Part shown: piece by piece, positions 10,268 to 20,457 of the stretch
How the letters are laid out: every line of letters begins with the position of its first letter
Position numbering within the stretch: the first letter of the stretch is position 1
Virus record (IMG/VR): IMGVR_UViG_2909267149_000003
Origin: a virus
Taxonomy: Duplodnaviria; Heunggongvirae; Uroviricota; Caudoviricetes
DNA: 47,751 bases
Strand: one strand, 5' to 3'
The notes under the pieces: model-generated
What the model saw: only the letters and a program-made list of their open reading frames with translations
What the model was told of the DNA's origin: nothing
Database searches by the model: none
Position numbers and translations under genes: made by a program

Positions 10268-13200
10268 TTAACATTCCCCCATCACGTCGCATATTTAACA
10301 GATTGCCCTGCACCCGCTGATCAACCATCCCCATAAGTGCTTTTATTGCCTGAGGGCCAATCTCTCCATTCTGGCCGTCATTTTGAATAGTGATTTGGTA
10401 TACAGGGGCATAGGTAATATCTCCGCCTCCATTACCACTTTTACTATTAATAGCTCTGACACCAAGAGAACCATCGGAAGTTCGTGTTAATGGCATAATG
10501 GCTTCCGGACCAGCCTCACCAAAAACACCAGCCCCTTTTGCAAAAGCAAAAAATTGCGGGGAATCATAAATACCGTTCGAATACGTGTTCAATGACGGAG
10601 ACTCATAAACACCGCCCTTTGCATTCGGAATAAATTTACTAATAGCACTCCCGATAGTTCCTAAAATCCCCCCCGAAGAACTGTTACTAATGCTGTCGAA
10701 AATCCCAGTAATTGAAGCCTTTAATGCTATTCGACTAAGATCCGAAATCACGGAAGTAGCGAAAGAACGAAAATTTGCCTTGCCTGTCGTGACAAAATCA
10801 CCCAGCGCATCGGTCATTCCATCAAACATCTGAGTCGTGGTTGATTTTATCTGCTCACTGATATCCTTAGTGTCATCCAGCCAGTTATTGAATCCCTGGG
10901 AGGCACCACTAACCCAGTCTCCTGCCTGAATATCGAGCTGCTCGTTTTTCTGTCTGACAATTTCTTTTTCTCGTTCCAGAGCATCATTCAGAGCCTGCAT
11001 TTTCTCCTGAAAAACATGATTTGACATCCCACGGGATTTATCTGCATAGTCACGTTCAAGTTGCAGACGCTGATTGTTATATTCACGTTCAATCCGCAGT
11101 AATTCCTGCTGGCGTTGCTGATTTTTATCGCCAACCCCATAACCAGCAATCTGAATATCATACCCCTGTTGACGATTATCAATCGAAGCCTGCAATGAAT
11201 CACGCCATGCAGCTATTTCGGCGGATTCCTTGATTAGCCTGTTATTTTTTTCAATCGCAACATTTTTCTCCATCAACGCGGTTATTTCTTCCCGGTGTAA
11301 GAGAAGCGATTTCTGATCCTTGGTTAATTTCGATGACGGTCGTGACTCCAGGTCGGCAATCTGCTGACGCCACTTAACCAGTTCCTGTTCAGAGGAACTT
11401 AATTTAACGGTTAATTCAGTTTGTGAACTTAGTAACGCATTCTGTTGATTCAGATGATCAATCATTCGTTGGGCAGCATCATCCGAATAACCTTTCGCCT
11501 TTGGTTGCTTTGGATCTTTATAACGCTCATTTATTTGAGCGATAAGATTATTATATTCTTCCTTTGAATACTGACTCTTTAGTTTTTCCAGTTTTGCAAG
11601 TTCACTAGCTCTCTGCTGCTCCCGGGTCTGATATTGTTTTGAAAAGGCATCTGCTCTCTGTCTGAGTTCAATTCCTTCCTGTTGTCGCTTGTTGTAATCG
11701 TTTATTGATGAATTTAGTACGTCCTGAGCAATTTTTTCTGCTTGAAGTACGCCCAATTGCTGCTTTAATCGTGCCAGCCTTTTATTTTGAGCTCCGCCAT
11801 CTCCAATGCCACCTAACCCGAAAACTCCGGGTCGGGTATTTTTTTCTATTTCATCAATTTGACGGAGAACATCTGAGATTTTTTGATCAAGGGAGGCCTC
11901 ACGGCCAATATCCAGCATGGAATCCCATGCCCATTTTGCGGAGTCTGCGACAGCTTTCCATGCAGTCTCAAGATAACCAAGATTTTCTTTAATCTGGTTG
12001 GTGCGCTGGATCATTGAGGATGAGTATGCTTCTGTCGCAATGCGGGCGGCCTCCTGCTGGTTCCCTTCATCCTGTAGCGCCTTAATCTGGTTATAAGTCG
12101 CAATTGTCAGAAAATGGTACTGATCATTAAGTTTTGATATGGCACTGACAGGATCCTTTGCAATTTCATTGAAGTCATTAACCAGTTGTTCGGTTGATAT
12201 TCCTGTTACTTCGCTCGTTTTTACTATCGCTGTCGTCACTTGCTCCAGCGAACTGCTCGCTACCTTTCCCGAACGCACAAGCTGGTTTAATACTGCCGCC
12301 GCAGCGCCAGTTGTCGAATCAGCCGCATTCCCGGCACGTTGAACTATATCGGCCAATTGCCCGCTGGTTGTCCCCAACTGATTTCCGGTAAGAATAAGAG
12401 ATTTATTAAATTCGTCCTGCTCCTGAGAGCCTTTATAGTAAGCCAGCCCTAAGACGCCAACGGCTGCTGCGGCCAGGGTAAAAGGATTAATTAATCCCAG
12501 CACATAAGAACCAACACCTTTGATCGCCGGGCCTATCCCACCGAACATATCTTTTAGCTGGCCGCCCTGCTGCATTAACACCATAAAAGGCGACTGACCA
12601 GTGGACAACCCAACAACAATATCCGTCATTTGTGCAGGCAACATGCGCATAGCAAAAGCCGTTTGTTTTGCCGACATTCCGGTTTTGCTTAATTGAGATT
12701 GAGTAACCTCAAGCTCACTCCGCATAGCACGAAGTTTTCCAGAAAGTTCCTCATACATTTCAGGAGAGAGCATCCCCTTAGCTTTTGCTTCATTGAGCTG
12801 TTTCTGTTGTTCTACCAGACGATTAAAAGCAGTTCCGACAGGGTCAAGTTGAGCAATCAGACGTTGCAAAGCAGCAACCTGTTCATCATGCGCTTTTGCT
12901 GCTTCTCGCTCTGCCTGAGCCTCTCCGGTAAGCTCTCGCCGTGTTTCCTGTATTTTTCGGCTATAATTCTCAAACTGAGAACCATTTATTTTCCCGGATG
13001 CAAACGCAGCATTAAGTTCATCCTGCTGTTGTTCAAGATTTCTTAGCGCCGCAGCCAGAGGGTCGATCTTGTCCAGCATTCTTTGAAAGGCCTGAGCCTG
13101 CGCTTCCTGCTGGGCGGCAGCAAGTTTTCCGGCCTTCTCGGCTTCTCTCTGCGCTTGCGCAACCCCGCTCAATTCCTCTGTGGTTTCATTAAGTTTACGG

Positions 13201-13493
13201 ACAAGAAATTCATATTCTTCTTTATCAATAAGCCCTTTATCGAAAAATTTCTTTAATTCAGAATAGCGTCGACCGACAGTATCAATTGCGGCACCAACTG
13301 GATCAATAGCTGCTTTTAATTTTGCGAGCGCGTTCTTCTCATCTTCTGTTGCCTTAGTCACTTTCCCTGCGCTATTTGCAGCAGTTTCCCCAGCCTGCGT
13401 CATTTTGACTAATGAGGAGGTCAGATTGTCAGCATTATTTTTCGCTCCAGTGCTATCAATAATTATTGCGAGACGCGAGGTTTGCTCTGCCAT
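10260..13493 (-). CDS. H: tail tape measure protein
   Basis: 1077 aa, long coiled-coil N-terminal half, hydrophobic segment, Gly-rich C-terminus; sits between G/T and M. Confidence 0.9.
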   Translation of the reverse strand: MAEQTSRLAIIIDSTGAKNNADNLTSSLVKMTQAGETAANSAGKVTKATEDEKNALAKLKAAIDPVGAAIDTVGRRYSELKKFFDKGLIDKEEYEFLVRKLNETTEELSGVAQAQREAEKAGKLAAAQQEAQAQAFQRMLDKIDPLAAALRNLEQQQDELNAAFASGKINGSQFENYSRKIQETRRELTGEAQAEREAAKAHDEQVAALQRLIAQLDPVGTAFNRLVEQQKQLNEAKAKGMLSPEMYEELSGKLRAMRSELEVTQSQLSKTGMSAKQTAFAMRMLPAQMTDIVVGLSTGQSPFMVLMQQGGQLKDMFGGIGPAIKGVGSYVLGLINPFTLAAAAVGVLGLAYYKGSQEQDEFNKSLILTGNQLGTTSGQLADIVQRAGNAADSTTGAAAAVLNQLVRSGKVASSSLEQVTTAIVKTSEVTGISTEQLVNDFNEIAKDPVSAISKLNDQYHFLTIATYNQIKALQDEGNQQEAARIATEAYSSSMIQRTNQIKENLGYLETAWKAVADSAKWAWDSMLDIGREASLDQKISDVLRQIDEIEKNTRPGVFGLGGIGDGGAQNKRLARLKQQLGVLQAEKIAQDVLNSSINDYNKRQQEGIELRQRADAFSKQYQTREQQRASELAKLEKLKSQYSKEEYNNLIAQINERYKDPKQPKAKGYSDDAAQRMIDHLNQQNALLSSQTELTVKLSSSEQELVKWRQQIADLESRPSSKLTKDQKSLLLHREEITALMEKNVAIEKNNRLIKESAEIAAWRDSLQASIDNRQQGYDIQIAGYGVGDKNQQRQQELLRIEREYNNQRLQLERDYADKSRGMSNHVFQEKMQALNDALEREKEIVRQKNEQLDIQAGDWVSGASQGFNNWLDDTKDISEQIKSTTTQMFDGMTDALGDFVTTGKANFRSFATSVISDLSRIALKASITGIFDSISNSSSGGILGTIGSAISKFIPNAKGGVYESPSLNTYSNGIYDSPQFFAFAKGAGVFGEAGPEAIMPLTRTSDGSLGVRAINSKSGNGGGDITYAPVYQITIQNDGQNGEIGPQAIKALMGMVDQRVQGNLLNMRRDGGMLSG

Positions 13494-13656
13494 TTATTAA
13501 AACTCCTGACAACAAAAAAACCACCGAAGTGGGTTTCAGGCGACATAATAGTAGATATAGCGATTACGAGGCCACGCAATGCTTTTCTCCAGGAGCATCA
13601 TCGATTTAATTAAAGACACCATCACATCTCTGTAACAGAGTGTACGTAATTAACAA

Positions 13657-14360
13657 CTACACACACTGCTCCTGAAAATACTGGTCATCCAGTGCAAAGA
13701 TCACTGCTTCAAATTCATCGCGCTCAATCAATACCGGATGAGTGGCTAAATATTCATTTATCTCTGTCAGAGATAAAGGCAAAGGCACCCCAGCCATTCC
13801 AGCATAACGTCGGGCACGGGATATTACCGAATAGGCGTACAACAACTCCTTAAGCACCGGGTCTATTTCTGGTTCCGGTATCGGTGGCAACCTGAGTTTT
13901 TCTCGCTTCCATCTTGCCTTTTCCCCCCTTTCTCCCCCGAACTCCGATAACCACCGCTGGGCAGCTATGGCTTTTTTATCGTATCCTGCTTCTGCTGCTC
14001 TTTACCCTGGGCGATGCTGGCTGCTTCTGCAAGGATCTGCCAGTACAACTCTGGATTCTGCTTAAGCAGCGCGATCCCTCGTTCTGCCGTATATTCCAGT
14101 GCAACCTCAACACCATTAACCAGTTCACCAACCCCTTTCCAGTCTTTCAGCAGATAACGAGCGGCATTATCAATGAGTAAATCATCAACAGAATTCACCT
14201 CGGAAACCTTTGAAATATCAAACTCCTTCGTTCCGACGTGCAAACTGGCATCCATTTTCTCAATGTGGCGACGGATTAATGCATTACGGGAGCGATACTG
14301 ATCGTTATCGCTGCTTGCCACCAACAGTTTTAACCCGTCTACAGGTTTTAAGTCCTTCAT
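13657..14360 (-). CDS. tail assembly chaperone G-T fusion made by programmed -1 frameshift
   Basis: The -1 frame is open from the slippery site to the stop at 13657 (ORF-track 77-aa ORF with TTG pseudo-start). Reading through A_AAA_AAG gives ...DKKAIAAQRWLSEFGGERGEKARWKREKLRLPPIPEPEIDPV... Confidence 0.7.
13965..14360 (-). CDS. G: tail assembly chaperone G
   Basis: Between major tail and tape measure genes; ends ...QDTIKKP* with the slippery heptamer in the last codons. Start placed at internal Met (MKDLKPVDG); the ORF track extends to 14426. Confidence 0.75.
   Translation of the reverse strand: MKDLKPVDGLKLLVASSDNDQYRSRNALIRRHIEKMDASLHVGTKEFDISKVSEVNSVDDLLIDNAARYLLKDWKGVGELVNGVEVALEYTAERGIALLKQNPELYWQILAEAASIAQGKEQQKQDTIKKP
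13971..13977 (-). promoter_or_regulatory. -1 ribosomal frameshift slippery heptamer A_AAA_AAG
   Basis: Minus strand reads ACG AUA AAA AAG CCA UAG; the heptamer lies 2 codons before the G stop and the -1 frame stays open for about 100 codons. Confidence 0.7.
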
Positions 14361-14474
14361 TGGCGTAAACCAGCGTTCTCCACCAATGATAATTTTCTGA
14401 TTAAGAATAAACATCCATAACCTCATTCAATGCGTCCCCCTGTAGGGCAGTACCACAGGAGGAATAACGGAAAA

Positions 14475-15437
14475 TCAACTAATCGCCTCAGCACTGGCTT
14501 TTGCGATCACGGCAGCCGGGGAATTTTTTTTTCTGGTTATCGTAGGTGCTTCATCTGCTGCGGTAATGCTCAATTGAACCTGGATAATGTCGCTATTACC
14601 CCCATCAGGCCATTCACCTGACACCTGAACCTTCGGGAAACTGAAAGTGTATGCCCCCTCTCCATTCGAAAGCGTGAAGCTGAACGGAACTGTTTCTCCA
14701 GTCAGTGTTTTACTCCAGATTTCCCACGCGGCTTTAGACCATGAAAGCGTCACCGTACCGGACGGTGTAAAAGTAGTCGGAATATTTGCTCCTGCATAAG
14801 GCGAGCCAGTCCCGATACAACGCTGTGTCTGGAGTTTGTTATCGAACTGAATATCAAAACTGTCGATACAAAAACCGTTACCTCCGGCAACACCATTCAG
14901 GCTTACTGCTGAAACCTCCTTAAACGAATAACGTAGCTTTCCTGCACTATCCACAGGTTCGCCTTTGATAAAATTCGTATCATCGGCCTTTGATTCCCAG
15001 TCCAGTCCGGCAAAGGTTACGGTCGCTGTAATATCGCCGTCGTTAGGGATCTGCATTTTCCATGAGCCAACCTGCGCTCCTCTGACGACAGAGGCAATTC
15101 CGACATCGGACGCATAGGTCGCCAGAGAAAATGTTATTCGCTCATTCCCCATTGTCAGAGAATCGCCTGACCATTCCGCGCCGAAACAGGATGCAAGAAA
15201 ATCATCATGTTGACCCCAGCGAAATTTGGTACCAACATCACCGCCGACATCCACAGTGCCAGGCGTCGCCCCCTGAGCCATCCGGGAGCCACCAATCTCA
15301 TTATTTTCGCCTTTATTCTGGGTGGGTTTTACTCCCCAGCTTGTGCGTTTTAATAAACTCCAGTCACCACTTGCTGGCGTAGTGCCTGCAACCGTCTCCC
15401 GGATAAATGCCGAGATAACCTTTGCACCTGAACTCAC
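14475..15437 (-). CDS. major tail protein with C-terminal Ig-like domain
   Basis: 320 aa, directly upstream of G/T; C-terminal region (VQVSGEWPDGGNSDIIQVQLSITAAD) looks like a Big_2-type decoration domain. Not closely similar to lambda V by eye. Confidence 0.7.
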   Translation of the reverse strand: MSSGAKVISAFIRETVAGTTPASGDWSLLKRTSWGVKPTQNKGENNEIGGSRMAQGATPGTVDVGGDVGTKFRWGQHDDFLASCFGAEWSGDSLTMGNERITFSLATYASDVGIASVVRGAQVGSWKMQIPNDGDITATVTFAGLDWESKADDTNFIKGEPVDSAGKLRYSFKEVSAVSLNGVAGGNGFCIDSFDIQFDNKLQTQRCIGTGSPYAGANIPTTFTPSGTVTLSWSKAAWEIWSKTLTGETVPFSFTLSNGEGAYTFSFPKVQVSGEWPDGGNSDIIQVQLSITAADEAPTITRKKNSPAAVIAKASAEAIS

Positions 15438-15463
15438 AGGAGCCTCCTATGTCATTAATTGCG

Positions 15464-15856
15464 CTAGAGCGCGCGATATGGAATTTGAAGATTAAGCTGG
15501 AACCAGCCATTCTTTTCGCCGACGGCTATTGAGGAAACAGCCTGGTAACTGAGACGATCGTCATCCTGAAACTCAAACAGTTCCCGCAATTTATCGGCTG
15601 TCTCAGTAATGAGTTTTGAACCAGAACCTGCGGGGACAAATAACTGAATAATGATTATCCCCGTGCGATAAACAACCGGCCCCGCGCCAATTTCATTAAC
15701 TCCAGCCTGCCCGGGAATATTACTTAACCGCGCCCAGATTAACTTACCGGAAGGATCGAACGTTGGCCCGTTCGGATACAATACGTCTTTTCCATCAATA
15801 ATCGTCTGTGCCGTCATTCTGGAAATAACCGTATTTCTGATTTCAGTAAACTTCAT
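15464..15856 (-). CDS. tail terminator / tail completion protein (gpU-like position)
   Basis: 130 aa, immediately upstream of the major tail gene; size and N-terminus (MKFTEIR) reminiscent of lambda U (MKHTELR). Assignment by synteny. Confidence 0.55.
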   Translation of the reverse strand: MKFTEIRNTVISRMTAQTIIDGKDVLYPNGPTFDPSGKLIWARLSNIPGQAGVNEIGAGPVVYRTGIIIIQLFVPAGSGSKLITETADKLRELFEFQDDDRLSYQAVSSIAVGEKNGWFQLNLQIPYRAL

Positions 15857-16233
15857 TTGTAAGCCTGTAAAACACCATGAAAAGCGTTGGCATACACGCC
15901 AGTTGGCGCTTGTTGTGAATGACCGTTTTCAAGAGCCTCTGCATAAGGAAGGTTATTCTGGATATAAATAACCCCGTAATTTGCAGCTTTCGAAATAACC
16001 CCGATCCCACGCTGAACAGCAATCGTACCGTTCGGATCCACGTTATCAGATATACCAAAATCGGGATGCTGTAACGACACCAGGTTGTTATTTCTGAAAC
16101 GTCCGGTATCAACCGGAGCAGCAATATCAATAGCAGTAAGAATCTGCATAGCGATGTAGCGAATCTTCAGCCCTACATCTTCCTCAATCATCCCGGCAAA
16201 TATTGACGGTTCTATATCCCATGCCTTTGCCAT
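15853..16233 (-). CDS. head-tail joining / tail completion protein (HK97 gp10-like)
   Basis: 126 aa; position between connector genes and tail terminator; overlaps neighbour by 4 nt. Confidence 0.5.
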   Translation of the reverse strand: MAKAWDIEPSIFAGMIEEDVGLKIRYIAMQILTAIDIAAPVDTGRFRNNNLVSLQHPDFGISDNVDPNGTIAVQRGIGVISKAANYGVIYIQNNLPYAEALENGHSQQAPTGVYANAFHGVLQAYK

Positions 16234-16617
16234 TTACGCTCTCCTTAACTGGATAGAGTAAACTGATGCGGAAGGATCTACACTTGCTGTAATTACCTCG
16301 TATCGTTGTAACTGCCTTGATACAGGATCATAAATCTCAATAATATGGTCGACAGCTGGTTTATCCGTAACCTCGCATACCAGAGCGGTTAATTTAAGGT
16401 CACCATGCAAAATATTAATCCCATCAATTCTGCCCAGCTTATAACGTGTCAACACGCCTCGCCCGGTATAGATTGCGGTGGATTCGCCGCCAGTTTCCGT
16501 CACAGGATCCCAGTGCCGGTGCGTAACGTAAGAACCAGAAAAATCACTCACGGCGTCCGCTAAATCCTCATCAAAAGCAGCGGCAACCTCTGACTGAATC
16601 TCTTCACGAAGCCCCAT
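16234..16617 (-). CDS. head closure / head-tail adaptor protein
   Basis: 127 aa, synteny in head-tail connector block. Confidence 0.5.
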   Translation of the reverse strand: MGLREEIQSEVAAAFDEDLADAVSDFSGSYVTHRHWDPVTETGGESTAIYTGRGVLTRYKLGRIDGINILHGDLKLTALVCEVTDKPAVDHIIEIYDPVSRQLQRYEVITASVDPSASVYSIQLRRA

Positions 16618-17012
16618 TATCCCCCCCTCACAACCCTGACTTGTGAGCGACTAAGTCCGTACGGTTTCAGCAGTGCTATCGCAAGCTGTAAATCGGGTTC
16701 AAGCAATGCAGTGCTGTTTGCTGGCAACTCAGAAAATGATTTCGATACACTGACCCCGTCAGCCGACACGGCTTTACTGATAACAACGCCAGAATCATTT
16801 TTCTGCTGAAACAACTTACCGAATGAGGCAATTCTGGCTGCATATGCTCCCGCAAGTTTTACCTCTTCCGGAATACGGGATGGGTTAATTTTCAGGTTGA
16901 AGCCATTAAGCCAGGCATTAGCCATTAAAACAGCTTTATTTTTAGCGTTCTCACTCGTCCAGGCGTTCCCAAACGCATTATCAACGTCATCACAGGTCAC
17001 GTAAGTGATCAT
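16617..17012 (-). CDS. head-tail connector protein (putative)
   Basis: 131 aa, first gene after the capsid gene block; AGGAG RBS ahead of the ATG at 17012. Confidence 0.5.
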   Translation of the reverse strand: MITYVTCDDVDNAFGNAWTSENAKNKAVLMANAWLNGFNLKINPSRIPEEVKLAGAYAARIASFGKLFQQKNDSGVVISKAVSADGVSVSKSFSELPANSTALLEPDLQLAIALLKPYGLSRSQVRVVRGG

Positions 17013-17015
17013 GTG

Positions 17016-17192
17016 TTACTCCTGAGTTTTCCAGCCCATAGCCTTCCAGTTGTCAACTTCATCAGGATGAACATTAGCGATAGTTGGTGCGCCGGGAAAC
17101 ATCTGATGATCGGTCACCATAACCACTAACTCAATTTGCGTTTTTTGTGCGGCTTCACGCTGTGCTCTTTGCTCTTTAGTTAATCCGGCCAT
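17016..17192 (-). CDS. small hypothetical head-module protein (58 aa)
   Basis: Not in ORF track (<60 aa). ATG at 17192, translation MAGLTKEQRAQREAAQKTQIELVVMVTDHQMFPGAPTIANVHPDEVDNWKAMGWKTQE; fills the gap between the capsid gene and the connector gene. Confidence 0.45.
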   Translation of the reverse strand: MAGLTKEQRAQREAAQKTQIELVVMVTDHQMFPGAPTIANVHPDEVDNWKAMGWKTQE

Positions 17193-17200
17193 ATGCCCCC

Positions 17201-17224
17201 CATTAAAAATGGGGCCGAAGCCCC
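17201..17224 (-). terminator. intra-operon hairpin (partial terminator) after major capsid gene
   Basis: Minus-strand GGGGC-UUCG-GCCCC tetraloop hairpin followed by AUUUUUAAU, 10 nt after the capsid gene stop. Confidence 0.5.
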
Positions 17225-17234
17225 GTTTGAATGT

Positions 17235-18374
17235 TTAACCAAGAATCAGACAACCATGTGCCGGCTTCACTGATGAAACACCCCATGCCAGTCCAACTTC
17301 ATAGCGCACCTGGCGATACTGACGATACAGTGCAATCTGGAACGTAATCCCTGAAATCGGGTCCGTAACATTCATTACATCATCAGCATTATCGCCACCT
17401 TCCGGCATTGCCGGAGTACGGGATGCCAGCAGAAACGCGTTGCGATCAAACGCCATATTTGCAGTAAAGGCCCCAACAACTGTGATGGCAGTATCATCGG
17501 CCAGATCCTGACGCAGTCCGGGCGCTGCAAGAGTAATCAGATTGCTGGTCGCTGCTGCCACAACATACTGATTCGGATCACCAGCGAACGTAACAATCTG
17601 ACCTGCAGAAATACTCCCCGAACCAGTATCAATGGAAATAAGAACATCGCCTTCTTTTTTCTCTCCATTCACGAGATAACCAGTTGCAGCAACCTTTGGC
17701 GCTCGTTTCACACCTGCCGAACTGTGAATATTGAATCCCTCCAGACGCCCCAACACGCCCTCACGCAGTAGCTGTTCAGTGCCGGATTCATTCACTTTAA
17801 ACAATACAGACTGTTTTCCGCGCAAATTAGCAATGGCAGTGGAGCCAAGCACCATCTGCAGATCGGTTGTCGGTGCGCCGTTATCCTCCAGAACCTGACG
17901 AGCCAGAGCAGCATCAGAAAGATCATCTTTAACACCAAACGGCGTTGTCCCTGCGGTTCCCACGGCGCGGGAAGCACCGAAATACAACGCACCAAGATCA
18001 GCCTCAACCTCGTTTGCAAGGGCGCGAAAAGCCTGCTTGAACTGATCAGCCAGAATGGTGTTGTAAGTCCCTGAAGGGCCAAGAGCCAGTTGTTCTTCAC
18101 CATTCCATTTAACCGGTGCCATTTTGGATTTAGTAATTTTTACATCAACAGTGCCAATATTTTGATCACCGGTATTCGGAGCTGACGGCCCCGGTACGAT
18201 ATCTTCGGTTTTCGCCTCAGGCGCAACTGGCGCGGTTACCGTCTGATCTTTTGCTGCGGCGTCAGCTTTTGCGTTTTTTGCTACCGCAGGGATAAAACCT
18301 ACCTGCTCACGGGATACAACATCCAGGGCGGTATAAATAGTCGGGATCAACCCGGTCAGGGTATTTCCAGCCAT
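17235..18374 (-). CDS. major capsid protein
   Basis: 379 aa from the internal Met (MAGNTLTGLIP; AAGGA RBS upstream); follows the scaffold gene, the usual capsid position. The ORF track extends to 18467. Confidence 0.7.
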   Translation of the reverse strand: MAGNTLTGLIPTIYTALDVVSREQVGFIPAVAKNAKADAAAKDQTVTAPVAPEAKTEDIVPGPSAPNTGDQNIGTVDVKITKSKMAPVKWNGEEQLALGPSGTYNTILADQFKQAFRALANEVEADLGALYFGASRAVGTAGTTPFGVKDDLSDAALARQVLEDNGAPTTDLQMVLGSTAIANLRGKQSVLFKVNESGTEQLLREGVLGRLEGFNIHSSAGVKRAPKVAATGYLVNGEKKEGDVLISIDTGSGSISAGQIVTFAGDPNQYVVAAATSNLITLAAPGLRQDLADDTAITVVGAFTANMAFDRNAFLLASRTPAMPEGGDNADDVMNVTDPISGITFQIALYRQYRQVRYEVGLAWGVSSVKPAHGCLILG

Positions 18375-18472
18375 AATTAAATATTCCTTAAAAATTTGCG
18401 TAATTGTGAATAGATGGAGTAATGAGCTATCCAGCCCTGACACCAGCTCCCATCCGGAAGCTGACAAATGTG

Positions 18473-19237
18473 TTAATCAACGATTGTGATACCGTCTTTC
18501 AATGCGTTTTGCTTACCTGCAACATCCAGTGCATCAAAAGCAGAGCGTTTCATCGTTTTCTGACCAATATCATGCTGTGTCGGACGGGAGCCGCCGCCAT
18601 TGTTGCCACTGGCTTTCAGGATGTAGTCTTTCTGAGGGTAATTTTCGACAAGGAACTCCAGCGCCTCATCAAACTGCGCCAGTTCGCCAGGCTTCGCGCG
18701 GGAATAAATTTTGTTGCCGGAAGCGTCATAAGCAACGATCCTCCCTTCTTCCACTTTGAATGCCTGCCCGAAGCGGGCTTGTAATAAATCTGCCGGGATC
18801 GCAATTTTATCGGCAATATATTTTGAACCCGCAAAACTACCGCCAATCATAGAATCGTAAAGCTGCTTCTCCAGCATCTGAGAGCGTTGCTTTTCTTCAT
18901 CTAATTGCTGCTGAAAATTTTTCGTAATTTCTGCCTTAACCTGGTCAACCTGTCCCGCATCGAGCAGCTTTTTCTGGTCGATTTTTGACAGCATTTCCAG
19001 TGCCTCGATCGCCTTCTTCGGGTCTTCGATAGCGGCAAACTTAGCCAGTTTTTCCTCTGCAGCTTCTTTAGCCAGGCGATGATTTTTTGCCTCGCCATTA
19101 AGCTCTGTAATTTTTTTTGTCGCCAGCGGTGCATCGAAGCCAATTTCTTTACCATCGTCGTGCACATAAACTGGCAGGCCAGCAGTATCAATTTCTGCGT
19201 ATTGTTTTCCGTTAATCTCGACCGTTTTCAGTTTCAT
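18473..19237 (-). CDS. scaffolding protein (Phage_GP20-like)
   Basis: Coiled-coil, charged protein between minor head protein and capsid gene. Start set at the Met after the terminator hairpin; the ORF-track start 19309 lies inside that hairpin. Confidence 0.6.
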   Translation of the reverse strand: MKLKTVEINGKQYAEIDTAGLPVYVHDDGKEIGFDAPLATKKITELNGEAKNHRLAKEAAEEKLAKFAAIEDPKKAIEALEMLSKIDQKKLLDAGQVDQVKAEITKNFQQQLDEEKQRSQMLEKQLYDSMIGGSFAGSKYIADKIAIPADLLQARFGQAFKVEEGRIVAYDASGNKIYSRAKPGELAQFDEALEFLVENYPQKDYILKASGNNGGGSRPTQHDIGQKTMKRSAFDALDVAGKQNALKDGITIVD

Positions 19238-19294
19238 ATTAGTACCTGGTTTAAGTCTTCCGACAGTTACGCTGCTCACCATCCGGATCGCAGC

Positions 19295-19318
19295 AATAAA
19301 AAAGGCCACCCGAAGGTA
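19295..19318 (-). terminator. rho-independent terminator between minor head protein and scaffold genes
   Basis: Minus-strand GGCUACC-UUCG-GGUGGCC hairpin (7 bp with one G-U) followed by UUUUUU. Confidence 0.6.
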
Positions 19319-19341
19319 GCCTGTTGTAATAAATGATTTAT

Positions 19342-20457
19342 TTAAATCCCTGCTTTTCTGAATACCTGTGCATCACGCTCACGGAGCTGCTTCAGCGTCA
19401 GCCATTCGCCTTTATCGGTGTAAAATTCATCTGGCGACATACCACCATCCCGAATCAGCTTTGCTCGGGTTTCCCCCACAATCTGTTTTTGTCTGGTGTA
19501 AGGCTGACGCAAAAACCATTCCCTGTAGGTTGTATCTCCGGCCACCACGCCATCCATGCTGGCCCGCTCAGCCGGGGAAATATCGCGAACATCAATACCC
19601 AGTTCCTTCGCTGATTTCAGAATGAACGTTTCCGTTGAGCGGCAGCAGAAATGAATTTTTCCCGGCCCCTGCAAATAAGGCACGCTGTGACCTACAGGTT
19701 TATTATTCAGCGTATATTTGAGGCGATCCCTGATTCGACATTGTGGCGTAGTACGATTATCAAGCGTTGATAACCATTGCTTACCCTTAATCAAATCATT
19801 ATTCGCGCTGGCAAAACTCTCACGGGCAGTAGCAGCAAGATGTCCAACCGCTGTTTTTGCAATGCTGGCCGCATTAGCCCGGCTCATCTGCAATGCACCA
19901 TCCTGAAATCCCTTACTGACATGTCCCCGAATTTTTCTTGCGATCTGCTCATTGGTATCCCCCAGCAAAAAACCCTGACGCACTGTATTTGTTATGCGTC
20001 TGAGCCGATCCGCCTCAAGATCTGAGGCCCACTCACTGAGCAGTCGTCCCTGGAATGGTCGCGCCATTGCAGCGGCATAAAGTGCATCAGGAGAGATACC
20101 AACCAGAGGGTGAACATCAGCAACAAAATCAGGTAGCATAGAATCAAACAGACTTAACTGATAACCAGCCTCATAAATTGCCAGCTCGTTCAGCTCTCCG
20201 GAGAGACTGGTAAACATGCTGTTAATAGCAGTGCGGTTAACCTCTCTGACGCTCGCCAGAAGTGACTCCAGGCGCTTAACGGTAAAACTACCTGGATCGA
20301 GGCTGTCCAGTGCTATCAGCAGGCGAGCAGTAAGTTCCGCATCGCTGTCATTCAGTATTTTCACCATTCTGGCAGCCACGCCAGTGCTATAGCGGGATAT
20401 CCAGACTGCATGAGCAATTGATTCATCACGCAGCCGTTCATTCACGGTTTGCATCAT
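19342..20457 (-). CDS. head morphogenesis protein (Mu gpF / SPP1 gp7 family)
   Basis: 371 aa; QWLSTLDNRTTPQCRIRD region matches the conserved Mu-F-type motif; directly downstream of the portal gene. Confidence 0.8.
   Translation of the reverse strand: MMQTVNERLRDESIAHAVWISRYSTGVAARMVKILNDSDAELTARLLIALDSLDPGSFTVKRLESLLASVREVNRTAINSMFTSLSGELNELAIYEAGYQLSLFDSMLPDFVADVHPLVGISPDALYAAAMARPFQGRLLSEWASDLEADRLRRITNTVRQGFLLGDTNEQIARKIRGHVSKGFQDGALQMSRANAASIAKTAVGHLAATARESFASANNDLIKGKQWLSTLDNRTTPQCRIRDRLKYTLNNKPVGHSVPYLQGPGKIHFCCRSTETFILKSAKELGIDVRDISPAERASMDGVVAGDTTYREWFLRQPYTRQKQIVGETRAKLIRDGGMSPDEFYTDKGEWLTLKQLRERDAQVFRKAGI

Noticed and set aside
13494-13656. Weak CCAC-UUCG-GUGG hairpin plus U-tract between T and the tape measure gene
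   Set aside because: Only a 4-bp stem; termination here would uncouple the tape measure from the chaperones, so probably not a real terminator.
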